This document shows, piece by piece, positions 49,901 through 63,599 of a stretch of 64,000 bases of DNA. The notes beneath the pieces are model-generated. The model was not told where the DNA came from, searched no databases, and worked only from the letters and a program-made list of their open reading frames with translations. The DNA lies in contig JAHRHZ010000282.1 in NCBI GenBank assembly GCA_024137785.1, positions 1,087,201-1,151,200 of the forward strand. Reading direction: 5' to 3'. Position 1 is the stretch's first letter. Each line of letters starts with the position of its first letter. The position numbers were made by a program, and so were the translations under genes. Source of the stretch: Ginglymostoma cirratum. Taxonomy: Eukaryota.

Positions 49901-52698
49901 GCATATTCTCTGTGGTGTTTAACGAATATTTCCACGGCCCTATAAATTTCTTCCAACAGAATCTTAGTCCACGCCCTATTTCTTAACTCCCCGATATGGT
50001 TTCTACAAATACAGATGATAAAAGCTATACTTGTGTAATAGTTGAGATAATGCCTTCTTTATGTTATGTTTTCCACCTGGTATGCTGCAGTGGTAGTGGC
50101 CAGTCGAAGAAGACCGCAACTCAAGTTGCAACTTTTCCAGTGATATGTCATAACTGTTATCTACTGTCAGCCTTCACTTCCATCTGCTGGAGAAGCAATG
50201 CCATTGCATTGACTGTGAACATGTTAAAAACACGCATTTGATGTTCATCTCCGATGAAAGCAATTCACTGGAGTTATAGCTTCATCACATTCTGCTGGCG
50301 TTTGCAGAGTTTATGCAATAATTCACTGAAGGTGGACAATGCTAATTAGCACCAGATCAAAGTCAACTTTTGAGCAAAATGTGACAATTCCTGTTTATGT
50401 ATTTTTGCTCACCACTTTCAATAGGAAACTGCCCGAGAAAGGTGTAGTCATTATTTCTACCTTACTACTTACCTCAAAACGTCGCTAAGCACCACACCCG
50501 AAAACTAAAGTGGAAACATGACCTCTCATAATTAAATAAAACATACCCTCCCAAGGATCAAGATGCGATCGTTGAAGTGAGGTTTTGTTCATTACTAACA
50601 CAATTTGCCATTTTGTTCCATATGTTTATGTATGTGCTTGTATAACTGTATCTGTGTCTGTGGTCGTGTGAAGCATATCCTATTTTCTGCAAGCCAATTT
50701 AGTTATCAGAGTCTCAAAACAAGCTCTAGTCGATGCAAGGGACTCAAAAGCATTTACGATTGAATGTTTCCTGCAATGTAACTTTTCAGCTTGCCTAAGA
50801 CACAGATTCTAAAGAGACAGTGACAACCACAACTAAGTCCTGCATAGTTACAGATTGTCGTTATGAGTTATTTATTTCAATTTTGGAGTATAAGCTGTTG
50901 CCTGGTCATCCTGATAGTTCACGTCAAACCATTGGAGATCTTACCTTTTTGTGCAGCCACGAAGGATTCCCTCCCATATTTCGTCGATGTGCACGGCCGT
51001 TATACCATTTCACCTCCAAATCTCAGCATTGTAATGTGGATACCCTGGCCCACATTTGAATTTAACTCAACAAACCCTATATGTTTCCACGCAACAGCAC
51101 GAAATAAAATACAATGCCTTTGCAATCCTCTGTCTGCACCTTCCCGGGTCACAAAAGTCCTTGTTCGTGCTTCTGGGCCTCATGTTTTACCCAATTTTCC
51201 GGACTGATGTGCAAACACTGACGATTGTTGTGACTTTGATGACAACACTGCAACAGCTCTGCTGTTGGAATTGTATAGTAAGAAGCAATAATTTAGGTGT
51301 CATGCTAGCCCGGCACTATAATTCAACATCTCTGCAGATGAACCAGCACAAGTTCTAAATAATCTGAAATAAATGTCAATGTTACGCGAATCATTAAAAA
51401 TTGGAGAATATTAACAGATTGCAAAACTACAACCGATTTGTACATGTTGAATTATATTCTGTTTTTTTTTAAAAGGCCCATTTATTTGCAAGCTGGCAAT
51501 TGCTGGAGCCCTGTCATAACTGTGATACAATCTTAGTCGAACCACACAGGTCGAAAATACCACTCGTAACAAACAATTTTAATGTTTACTTATGCTGACA
51601 AAAGCTAGAAATATCGTTTTATTCCAATAAGTCCTGTGGTGCAATAAAGTATGTCATAGAATCATTCAGTCAAGAACAGCCAAAAAATTCTCCAGTCATA
51701 TTTTACAGCTTTGGACGATAGCATCGTGTGCCTTGGGATCGCAAGTTTACATTTAAATGTCTTCTAAATATGATGAGTGGATCTGCCTCTCACACCTTTA
51801 TTGGCAATTAGTTGCAAATTACCACCAGCTTCTGGATGAAAGGAAAGCTGAATCCACGCTCCTTTGTGAATCTGCCACCCCTTACCTTAAATCTGTACCA
51901 TCTGAAAGGAAATGTTTCTTTCTGTCTGCCATACCTATGCCCCTCATAACTTTGTACTTCTCACTAATGTTCCCACTCAGACTTCTCTGCTCCACAGAAA
52001 ACGAAGACTATCTATTTCTCTGTTCATAACTAAAACACTCCAGATAAGGCGACATCGTGGTAAACCTCCGTTGCATTCTTTCCAGAACGAAAAAAGTTAC
52101 ATCCAGAGCAGCTATTCATACAATTCATGCTGGGACTATCTTCTCTTAAGCTCTATTCCTTGGCAAATAACGGCACATATCCCATGTCTTCTTAACAGTT
52201 TTGTCCAGCTGTTCTGCTACCATCATTGACTATAACTTAACTACTCGTTATATGCACTTTTTTGATGTGGCATTCACTTCATTTGAAAACATTTTAAAAT
52301 GATCACCTCTGGTCTTTGTCCATTTAATAGTGGAAATACTTTCGCCTGATTCATGCTATGAAGAGTGTTCATGATTTTACAATGTTTGATAAAAATCTGT
52401 GCATATCTGACACTTCTCCAAGGAAAACGGGCACAATCTTTCTCATCTTCTTTGAAATCTTCAGTGCTTCATCTTTCAAACCATTGTCGCAAACCTCTCC
52501 TGCACTCTCTGCAATGCATTCATAGTTTTCCTTTGATGTCATAGCTGAAGTTAACCATTGTCTTATATTCACCAGAGCCTCTTTCTTACTCTGTGTTTCT
52601 GAGTAAGAAACCTCGGGGACTGCATATTTTATTAACAGCTCCCACTATCTGACTTGCCACGTTTAACTGCATATAATATTGTGCATCCAGGTATATGT

Positions 52699-53010
52699 GT
52701 CATCGAGTCATTGAATCCCTGCAGTGTGGAAACAGGCCCTTTAGCGCAACAAGTCCACACTTTCCCTCAGAGCACGCCACCCAGTCTCACTAACGTTTAC
52801 CCTGTAACGCATCGACATACGCCTGGGCGCTGCGGGCAATTTAGCATTGGCCAATCCACTCAGCCTGCACATCTTTGGACTGTGGTAGGAAACCGGAGTA
52901 CCCAGAGGAAACCCACGCCGACACGGGAAGAATGTGCAAACTCCACACAGACAGGCACCCAAAGGTGGAATCGACCCCGGGTCCATAAATCAATGTGCCA
53001 TCGTGCCGAC
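52699..53010 (-). mobile_element. HE1-type (V-SINE) SINE with a deletion in the tRNA head
   Basis: Homologous to 43172-43476 (cctgcacatctttggactgtgg.aggaaaccggag...tgtgcaaactccacacagac). Confidence 0.85.
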
Positions 53011-55899
53011 CCTAAAGTGTTCAGTGTGTGGCATTATACCAAATGCTTTTTATAAGTCCATGTATACCATGGGCAACTTCTTTCCCTTCACCAACTGTCT
53101 CTGTTATCTGTTCAACACACTCCACCAGGTCAGTTAGACATAGCTTTCCCTTACCAAATGTAAACTGATTTTTCCAAATCAATCCATATGTTCCCCTTGT
53201 GGTGATTAATTCAATTCCTAATCCTCATGATTGTGCTCATCAGCATCTCTGATTTTCCCAAGTGCTTGCTGACATTATTGTCTCATTCATGGAAGATGAA
53301 CCCATCCAAACAACTTCCCATTTCCTCATTTCCATTCACTCTCAGCATTCAGGTAAATCACAGTGAGAAAACAGCAGTTACCCGAGTTGGTGAACTCCCT
53401 GGTTTCTGGCTGCTTCTCTTCCCTCAGGTCACGGTCACATTTGGGCAATCCGTATGTTTATATAGTTTCCTCTGCGAATGTCAATGATGATCAGTTGGCA
53501 TATAAGATTGGGAAAATAAATTCCATCTCAAACTTTTGTCACAGCCGTTATCTTGAATCATGCTAAAATGTCACAAAGGAAAAAAAAAACAGGATGAAAA
53601 AGATACACAGCAATTTTTTCTCCATTTCAATTTATGTCCTGCAACAACAGCTCATAATGATACCCCGCCTTTAGTCTGATGGAATAATCCAAGATGGATT
53701 TCCAAGTGCAATATATAACACATTGTGTTAGTGTGTGTAACAAGATATTTTCTTGTCGAGGAAGTTTGACCCCAGTGAAAATATTTGAAATGAGAACAAT
53801 AAGTGGCAAATGCGATGTCGGTAGGAATAGAAAAGTGTGCCAACCATTTTCGTGGTGGTTTATTCGTTTGGATTTGGCATTCTGAACATTTGATTCCAGG
53901 TTAGGGAATGATGATTTTTGTTTGGGGACGAATTGTTGAAAGAGACGATTTTCTTGCACTGATATTTGGAAAATGCAAAACACCTTGGTGGAAGGGGAAA
54001 CATTGTTGGCAAAGACCCAGATTTTACTGCCCAATACTTAGACTGGCGCAGATATTACTCAGGATAACTCAATCACAACGGTTGTTTCAATGTAGCAAGC
54101 CAGGCCAAATGGCCGCATTCTCGGCTGTCAGATGCTCTCATTTTAAATTTTCCAACATCACAGTTGCATCTTTCACACTCACTGTCCCATTTTAAAACCT
54201 CACTCGTGAAGTGTTTCCTGAGCTTCTCAACCACATTTTTAAGGCCAGGACACTGAGAAAGTTTACAGAATTACAGAATTGTAAAATTGTAGGATGAAGC
54301 CATGAGACCATCGTGTCCATACCTGGTCTCCAATTCAATATCTCATTTAAGTGCCATTCTCCTGTTTTTCCCTGTAATCACGCAAATGAATCAGTTCTAA
54401 CAGCAGACTCTATTCCATGAATGAACTGAATTTCAAGCCTGATGGGCAGACATTGGAAAACACGTCAATAGTTCACACAAAGCCCATGGAGACATTTTTG
54501 ATTTAGGACAGTCAGCTTTTCAAATACGTGAAAAACTTTTGCAGTAAAAAAGACTTTGGAAGTTGACCACTTTGTTCTCTCACTTCTTTTCTCCCTCTAG
54601 TTCACCTGACTATGAGTCAGTGTTTGGATTAATAACTTCATGTGCCTTAATTAATTTCTGTCCCTAGCTGAATGAACTGTCAATCTGTCTGTAAAGTGAG
54701 AGTGAAGATATTATATATTATTTCTCCTGCTTTCTGTGTCGAGAAATTTCAGCCCCATTTATTTTGCGGAGTCATGCTTTTTAAACTTTCGGGAAAGCAA
54801 TGTCACATGACTGCAGGGTAGGTCATTGATTCAGCGTTGAACAGCAGTTTCTCCCCACAATAATACCGGCAACTTTCGTTCATGTCCGATTTTTTCTTTA
54901 AGCGCGAATACTTGTGCCGTCACAACTACATGAGAGAGCTTGATTTTTACAGATTCTGGTCTCTAATTATGGGAAATGAGCAGCATTGCTGGCGGGGCTC
55001 CAACCTGCGCCAGGAGACAACAATGGATTTCAAAATCCAACACCTTATCCACTTCACCTCAAGCACAGCACACGGAACTCTGCCAATATTGCTTAATTAA
55101 AGTTGCTGGAAGGTTAATACAGTGTAGATGACCATTAGAATCTTTTCTTCTGTTTTGGCTCACAGCAGTCGCATGTCAATCTGTGTCTCAATGATCTCTC
55201 TCTGACATAATTATTGCTCTTGACTTTGCTTATTCTTGGTCTCAGAATGAAACAACAGACAATTTATTAGATTCCAACCCAGCAGCTGTTACTCCTGGCA
55301 TTTTCCTAATAGGATACCTTAAGTATCCTCTGACTGCTGTGAAATACTCCTGGCGGATTCAGACAGAGAAGCGTTCACTTATTGCCCCGGCCCTTCTTCG
55401 CACATGTAGATTTACCAAATGACCCGAAAGGGGGAAAAATAGACTTGAACTGGGCAATCAATGGTATTTAAAGACCCACTCGGCGAGAGACTGGAATCTG
55501 TATTCAGTACTTTCAGGAAGATGCTAGAGTGCCAATGACTGTTTTGCAATCTAAGAACACAGATCAATGTCCTGCTGGACAAAGTCTCAAGTCCTCCCGC
55601 GACAGATGGTAGAATTTGAGACATAAAAATAATACAGTTTAAAACTAGGTCTAAGCAATTTCGAAATCAAAACCTTTGGAATTTAAAACCTCTTTGCAAA
55701 ACGTGAGCATAGCAGTGCACACCAGGAGAGTCCTGAAGGATTGGTTCTCACTTTTGATCAGAGACTGAAAGGCCCTCTGCCTGCTTAGCTGAATGTAGAT
55801 GAGCCCATGCCACAGTTTGGGCAAAGAACCGTGCCCCGTGTCCTCCACTATTATGGGAACCTGTGATGGCCTGCTCATTATTGCTTTGCTGTTTGTCGG

Positions 55900-56560
55900 A
55901 ATTTGCAAATTTTACGACACAACAATGAAGAATCCACTTCAAAGGATGAAATGGAAAGCGCTTTCCTCTTCCAGTGGTGTTGAAAAACGTTGCAAAACTG
56001 CAAGGGTTTCTTCTTTCAAAAGTTACATTCGTGGCAATTGGTCTCAGTTTGTGTTCCATTTTCAGATGGAAATTTAGTAAATGCTTGCAAATGAATGGAA
56101 ATCAGCAATCGGAGGAAAATTACGATGATTCTTATTCCACATATCTGAAAACTGACTGGAAATAATGGAATGGTTTTCCAAAGGGCCAAATTAGGACTCT
56201 TGCTGTTTGTGGCTTTCGTTACTGATGTAGACATTAATTTGCGAGTCATGATTAGGATTTTGAAGATAACCCAAAATTGTCCGTGCAGTTGACCATGAAA
56301 AGGATGGCTGCTGGTGGCAAGTTGATAACAATGATTTCAATGAGCTATCTAAGAAGTGAGAAGTGTTATTCAATGACCAGTATTGAAAAGTCATGCGTTT
56401 ACGGTGGTCAAACAAAGCAATGTAATTCACAATACAAGGGACGGTACTGAGAAATGAAGAAGAAATGAGTTTTGTTGGGGTGAATGGTGACAGGTACCTG
56501 AAGTTGCTGGGGCAGGAAGACAATTTGGTATAGGCAACATATGGGACGCTTTCCCTCAGA
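55900..56560 (+). mobile_element. Highly decayed CR1 RT fragment
   Basis: Remnants gttttccaaagg...ttaggactcttgctgttt and tttgaagataacccaaaatt (decayed FADDTK-like). Confidence 0.5.
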
Positions 56561-57639
56561 GTCGGATTTCAGGGCAAGTGAGATTGTGAATGTTACAATA
56601 ATTTTAATATGAGACCCAGCAGACTGGGGAGGCATTTAGTTAAGACCTACTGACGGATGTGAGTGACATCACTGGAACAATAAAAGACTACGTAATTGCA
56701 GAAGGTGGAGAACAATTTTCAGCTATGCTCAGGCACATGCCCTCTTACATGTTTGCCCAGGTTGTTCGTAAATACAGACAGGTCAGGACAAGAATGCTCA
56801 ACATAGAGTGCAGGAAAAGATGCAAATTTCAGAGCTGAGAATCAGTGTTATAGCCCCACAACTCCTCTTGACTAGTTCTTTAATTCGATCATTGCCATAT
56901 TTCACCTGAAAATGTCAACCATCCCTGAAGAGGATCTTCTTGAGCTCCATGTTTCATAATAAATAATGTCCGTATGTGTTTCACTTCAGATGAAGGGCAG
57001 GCCACAAGCAGAAGGGCATGTTGCTCTATCATAGTACTTCTTTCTCTGACTGGACATGAACACAGCAGTAAAATGGAGATCCTGTGCAGTATTTCTTCAC
57101 CTCAGAGGATAATTAATAGATGCTTGAGGGCAAGTGTCAAATAACTTCTCACATAATAATTAAGTATAGTCGACCAAATATGTCGTGTGTGTTAGAAATA
57201 TGAGTAGCTTTGTATCCAACAGAACTGCATTGGCACGCAGGAACAGCTGACTAAGGCACTTTCAGCGGCAGTCACTTCGTGTCAGGAGGCCATGGGAAAA
57301 ATAAATAACATTTAGCTTCAGTTTGGTGACAGTTATCTGGAGACGTCAGCACAGCTGGTGATGCGGACTCGAGACTCGTGTGAACATCAGACAGTTTAGT
57401 TCGAATGGTGGGAATGATGGAGTCCACCTCGAGGAATGAAGGTACGAGACTGGCCAGATTTATTTTGTTGATGCGGATAATGCAGCTCTTTCCTACAAAT
57501 CCTATATTCCAAGAACCTTAAATTTGAAGAATCTGTCTGATCCATTGGATGCTCAATGCAACTGAATAGCTTAGTTACATGCACTCGAGCCCAATGTTTA
57601 CACTTGGTGTTGTTGTGCAAATTGGAACAAAAGTCAACA

Positions 57640-58220
57640 CTAATCACAGAATCATACAGTTATACAGTATGGAAGAGGCCCTTCAGCCTATTGAGTGCAT
57701 TCAGACAAAACAATGCAAAATCTACATTAGTGTCATTTTCCAGGGCTCGACCTACAGCCTTCAATATTTTGATATTTCAAGTTCTCATCCGCGTAGTTTA
57801 TGATGTTTGTAAACGTTCCTGCCTGAACTACCCTCCCAGGCCTTCCAGACCACACACCCGAGCCCTAACATGGCATTGGAAAGAATCCTCAAGTCGTCTC
57901 GAAATCATCCGCTTTCCAACTCAAAATGTGTTCCATTCATATCGACCTTCAAGTGACGGGAACAGCTGCTATCCGTCCATAAGTACATACCCCTCCTAAT
58001 GTTTTATACACATGTATCAGATTACCCATCACCTCCAATATCAGCTCCAAGGAAAACAACACAAGCTTATCGAAAATCTCCTTATTTCAAAAGCGCTGCA
58101 TCCCACTCAACATCCTGGTGAAACTCATATGCACCGATTCCAGTGACCTTACATCCTTTACATAGTGCAGAGATCAGAATTTCACAATGTGCTCCAGCTG
58201 GTGTCTAACAAAAGTCCCGT
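57640..58220 (-). mobile_element. CR1 3' fragment
   Basis: Tail cacagaatcatacag...gaggcccttcagcc followed by ORF2 C-terminal remnants. Confidence 0.65.
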
Positions 58221-58849
58221 AGAGGGGAGTCCATCTAAACTACAGGGAAGGGGTCACATTCTGAGACCTCTGTCATTTTCGGAGGATGAATACCTCTACG
58301 TCTGTGGGTGAAAATAAGGACCATTTTCTCAAGAGATGAGCACACAACTTTATCATCTAAAACCCCAGTCCCATTTCGCACGTCGTTTGTGATTAAAACG
58401 TTCCAGGGTAAATATCATTCGATGAGCATTTGAAACGTGACAGCAAATAAAATCACAGGCCAAGTACTGGAAACTGGAATTAGAAGAGATGAGTCTTTGA
58501 TGACCAGCAAGGACGTTATGAGCCAAAAGTTCTTTTTCCATGCCGTGAAAGCTCAGTGAGAGGGAGAAATTGATATGTGGCAAAAATGATCACCAACGAA
58601 AAGTCGAAAGCAGTGTCAGTGTGTAAATATACCAGCATAGTCACCAACTTCCCTGTTGGTCTAACGGTAAGCACCCAGCACTTTTCACCAACAAAGCCTG
58701 CGTTTGCTTCCCAGTCAGGGATTGCAAGTTCATGTATTCTTCTAAATTTCACGGACCGATAGAAAATCTAACTGATTTCAAGAACTGGAAATAAACCGTG
58801 AAGGCGTCACAGTAATCTTTATCTTCCCAAAATTTACTCAGATTAATAT

Positions 58850-58966
58850 AAAACAAACAATATTTGAAACTAAAACGTCATTTGCTGGAGAGACTCAGCA
58901 GGTCGGGAAGTATCTGTGGCGAGAAAGCAGAGTTAATTTTTCCAATCAAATACCCTTCTTCAGAAC
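58850..58966 (-). mobile_element. Penelope-like pLTR fragment with hammerhead remnant
   Basis: Minus strand GTT-CTGAAGA-A-GGGTATTTGATTG-GAAA-AATT-AAC; family core ctcagcaggtc.gg.ag.atctgtgg. Confidence 0.6.
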
Positions 58967-59979
58967 AAAGTTATTTATGTTGCTCCATGTTAAAATACTG
59001 GGGGATTTTCTGTTGAATTAACATTGGTCTCAAACTCCCTCCCAGTAAATTACAATAGTCAACATCACAACTTTAGAAGCAGATCATCAGCTCTTACGCT
59101 TATCTGTTGTCTGAGGTGGTGAATGTCTTTGCTCATGATTTTCTTTTTTTCTTCTTTCTTTCTGTCAGTGAACACCCATGTCGTATGGAGATTTGGTCGT
59201 TACAGAGCCTACTTCACAATGTGTTTCGATCTGTGTCTCTTGGCCACTGCATCCACCTCACCCTCTGTCACTCTCTCTGTGCCTCCTTTCGCCCATCTCT
59301 CTCACTCCTTATTTATGTTCTTTGAAAAGTCTGAAATTAGGAAACAGATTCAGAGTGGAGCTGCTGAGAGGATCCTCACTCTACCTTTACTGAAGTGTCT
59401 AGAACTGGGCTCACAATCTCGGCATAATGTGTCTGTCATTTCGAACTGAGGTGAGGAGACATTTCTTCTCTCAAAGGACTGTGAACCTTTAGAATTCAAA
59501 ATAGAATTTCTCATCCATCACAGAAATAATTCCACCACAATTTTTTGATTTATATTAACGTTTTTACTGATGGTGTAAAATCAATGACTGGTCACAGCAA
59601 GAAAGTCGGTGAATAGGTTATCCTGTCTGTTATATGACCACAACACTTGCCGGTCACTTTGCAATTATCATCTCGTTATTCTTACCAAACTGGGAATGAA
59701 GGAGTGAAAATAAAGGAAGAGGAAATGCGAAATGAATGTGGAACAGAGAAAAGAAACTCCTGGCTGAATTATATTTTAAAGTTCACAAAACAGCAAGAAA
59801 CACCATTTCTTGACGGGGCTAAACCTGGCCGACAGGAGCGGGAGCACAGAATAAGTACAGCTTTATTTCAAACACTGGAATCACGTTCAGTCAATAGTTG
59901 GCTCGTTTTACATCAGTAAGTTGAATCAACGCATGGAAGTAATGAGAAATCTAAATGAGGGACAACTATTGAAACGTAC

Positions 59980-60050
59980 AAGCACTGCTGGGATTTGAAC
60001 CCAATACCTCCTGCTTAGTACAGCAACATTTTAGCTTAGTGTGGCAAAAA
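59980..60050 (-). pseudogene. Decayed tRNA-Thr-like sequence
   Basis: Minus strand TAAGCAGGAGGTATTGGGTTCAAATCCCAGCAGTGCTT resembles the 3' half of vertebrate tRNA-Thr(AGU) as I recall it. The 5' half and anticodon arm are degraded. Confidence 0.5.
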
Positions 60051-60756
60051 GCTTTCGTTTGCTTCACAGCCCTATGTCTATTTTGTTATCCACTCGCTCA
60101 CAGTAGCTCAGTTTTTCTGCTTCAAAGTTTGTCAGTGAGAATTTCAATCACCTCCCGCTTTTACAAGAACAGATCGTTTACAGCTGAAAACTCTCCACTG
60201 AAACTGCTCAAAAAGAGACAAACTCCGCTTGCATTTTTTAAAACTGATATCTTCATCTGCTAAACTAACGGGATAAGGGGGATGCTTTCACCCTTTTGTG
60301 TTCATTCACCGCGTTAATACAGACGGGGGAAACGCACAAGTGGAATAAGGTCATTGTGAATAATTGTTCAGGTATGATGTGTGAACGAACATAAATAGTT
60401 GGCAGTAAAATCTGACTCATTAGGACCTGCAGTAAGCCTTGTACCACAAACACCACACTCACATCCTGCCTCAAACCTTCCAGTCATCATTGCCTTTCAA
60501 TTTTTTTTAACTCCTGCCTCTCAACTTGTTCCCGATCGATTTTAAGTCTCTGATTAGAAAATGAAACTTTTAAAAACTGATTCCTGACATAAGAACGTCA
60601 CTCATGTTAATGGGATTCATTGTCCCGTCCCTAATTACGGCAGAGATGCAGGTGTGGAGCTCATATCTTGATACCTTGGTCTCCTTGGTACATAAGTTCC
60701 TCGATATCTTAGGTATGGAGTTCAGGATTTAGACACAGCAAGACCCAAGAAACAAT

Positions 60757-60851
60757 GACAAAAGCAGAAGTTGCTCAAAACGGTCAGCAGGTCTGGTAGC
60801 ATTTGAGAAGAAAAATCAAAGGAAACGTTTCGGATCTGGTGACACTCAGAA
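60757..60851 (-). mobile_element. Penelope-like pLTR fragment with a deletion in the hammerhead core
   Basis: Minus strand TT-CTGAG-TGTCACCAGATCC-GAAA-CG-TT. Confidence 0.6.
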
Positions 60852-62210
60852 ACAGTGGCTTGTAGAGTAACTTGCGGTGGTAGTGTTCTCATTTATCTGC
60901 TGCCATGTTCTTTCCACGTGGAAGAAAACTCTCACTGGTCAGATTTTGGCAGGTTGAGGATGCGTGTTCTGTGTGTAACCAGGCATTTGTTTTCATTCAG
61001 TTAATACAGATAAGAGAAAGACAACTTCATTTCTTATTGGGTCATGATTTCCAGGCCTGGGGAATGCAAACTCTGAATACGAAACACTGGAACATCAGTC
61101 ATGCTGACAGTAAAACTTGCAAACTGACTTGTGCTCGCTGTAGTGCCAGACTTTCACGTCAGAATAACCTTCACAAAATTTTTTTCTCTCTCTAAGTTTC
61201 CAAACGGTCCATATTATTGTCCTGGGTTTCTTTGTGAAGAAAACTGAGTTGTGATAAATTGATGTTGTTCAGCAGACGTACCGCAGGAAGGCACAGAACA
61301 GGTTGATGCTAACAGGGGCCTGTTTGCGTGGGCTGAGCTGCAGTGAAGAGCGGCGCGAAGAAGTGTCATTCAGCTTGCCTGATTACAGATCCCAGGCGAC
61401 AAATGACCAGAAGTTTCTCGCTGAATTTTTCCAAGACCTTGAATCGAAGACACCATGAGTGAAAGCAAGAAAGTACCATTTCATTGCAGTGTGTCATAAA
61501 GGAGTGAAGTAATCGTGAACAAAATGACGAAAGTTCTTGCAGAGAAACAGGCGAGACGAAAATGAAGCAGTGACAGTGATTAACTTCCGTGTTTGTTCAT
61601 CTTGTGAATGTTGCCATTCCCACTCATGCCCCTGTTAACTTCGCAACCCAGAAGATTTTAGTTGAGTAAATGAACAGTACGACATCAGAGTCAATGTCCC
61701 AGCGACATCCAAGAAGGGAAAGATGAAATATTGCCATAGACTGCTATATGCAATTACCTAAACCTACCAATCCAATCATTGTGGTTCCTGAGATTAGAAA
61801 GTAAACAAAACGAAACAACTAAACGAGCCTCCCACTTTATGTACCTTCAGAAAATTCTCAGGGATTGTGGCACAGCTGTGAGGAAGTCTTAAAAAATTGT
61901 ATTCTCTAAAATGTTCTAAACTCATGAATTGAGAAAAGCATGGATCTTGCAACTATTCCTGAGATCCAGTTTATTTTGAGGATTCCTTCTAGATATCGTA
62001 GACATATGATAATTCACTAGAGTAAATTCATGCTTCCCAACTAAGCAAATCCCACCATCTTAATATTTCCTATTATTAAGTCTCTTAACATTTCTTATTC
62101 ATGGATAAAGGAACGAAAATAAGAATAAAGACTGTTGATATAAGGACAGAAACATTCCTTTCCTGGCCAGCAATAGAACTGAGACTAGGACGGTAAAAAC
62201 GTCGAAAGAT

Positions 62211-62405
62211 AACCAAAAGAATTGTGTATGCTGTAAATCGGGAATAAAAACAAAAGTTGCTGCAGAAACTCGGCAGATCTGGCAGCACCTGTGAAGATAA
62301 AAACAGCGTTAACATTTCGCGTCCGCTGATTCTTGCCAGAAGTGATTTTTTTTCTTCACAGATGCTGCCAGGCCTGCTGAGGTTTTCCAGCAACTTCTGT
62401 TTTTG
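62211..62405. mobile_element. Penelope-like inverted pLTR pair
   Basis: 62245-62303 is the diverged reverse complement of 62345-62405; a decayed hammerhead remnant lies between the arms (62307-62341). Confidence 0.7.
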
Positions 62406-63434
62406 AAATGTTCGAAAGGTTTCGAGGGATACGGGTCGGGGCAGGTGAGACCGGTTCAGTTTGGAATTATGTTCGGTATGGATTGGTTGGACCGAAGTGT
62501 TTGTTTCCATGTTGTGTAACTGTATGAATCTATGGTACTAGACCATGAGGGAAGACAACAGGCAAGCTTGCATCTTTCCTTGATGACATAACATTTGACT
62601 TCGTTATCTCGAATTTATAGAATTTTGGAGATGAAAAGAGATTTAAATCTTCGCAAAAACTATCACGATCTCTTTTGGATTTTTATGTGGACTGAGAATG
62701 ATGATGATTCTGATGGTACTGAGGTCAATCTTGGAGCTGTCAGTGGACATTTTACAATTTATATGGTGTTCCGAGACACTGTCATTGTTAGGAGTACGTT
62801 GAGAAGAATTATGAGGAGGCTGAGGCTGGATCCACTGGGGCGCTGTAGTTAACTGGGTGAGGGGGAGAATAAGGCATTTCCTGCGTTATGATCGGACAGA
62901 GAAGAATGGAACCAAAAGACAGCAGCCGCACTCAGCATATTGACACTGGAGAGGTGTTGGTCAAATTACTAGCAGAATACCGTGGATGCTGGCGATCTGA
63001 AACAACCACAGCTAATTCGAGAGAAATTCAGCAGGTCTCATTGTATCTGCGGAGGGAAGAAGGGAGTTAACACTGAGTCCCAAGTGACATCAGAATTTGA
63101 ACATAATATTGTGACCAATTTTGGTAAAGGCTATAACAGCCTGATGAGCATGAGGTATGCTGGTTTACTTTTTTTCCGTCAAAGAAGATCTGATTGTAAT
63201 TTTGTTTGGGACTGCTTGGCTACTGTGGCAGGGACATAAACCTATTTGGAAGGATTCAATCACACTGAGTGTGTGTGAGACAAAGAATATATTTTAACGA
63301 AACAGTATTTATTTTCAAGCAGTTAGCTGCATGTTGCTGTCAATTTGCATAAAGCAAAACGAAAGAAATTTAACAGTAAAACATTTGAGAACCTTGGCTT
63401 TAATTAGCATATAACGACTTATTGAGGAGGAAGG

Positions 63435-63506
63435 TGTAATTTCTGACCACCTTGATTCTCGTTTCAAATTGTTGTAACTTCTGACCACCTTGATTCTCGT
63501 TTCAAA
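63435..63506. repeat. Tandem duplication, 38-bp period
   Basis: TGTAA(T/C)TTCTGACCACCTTGATTCTCGTTTCAAA at 63435 and 63473. Confidence 0.95.
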
Positions 63507-63599
63507 ATCTACACTTTCTGAGGTGATTGCAACATTTTCAAAAGATTAACACCGTTTGATTCTAACTGTAGTAATTCATAAAAAAAAACAAACTTGATG

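Noticed and set aside
53227-53487. ORF containing CACAGTG and QVTVTFG, superficially J-like
   Set aside because: No W/F-G-x-G motif, no nonamer at 12 or 23 nt and no suitably placed splice donor.
16544-63239. Numerous 60-170 aa ORFs in the supplied track as host genes
   Set aside because: They are CR1 or SINE fragments, their antisense frames, or low-complexity chance ORFs. None shows a recognisable host domain or exon structure.
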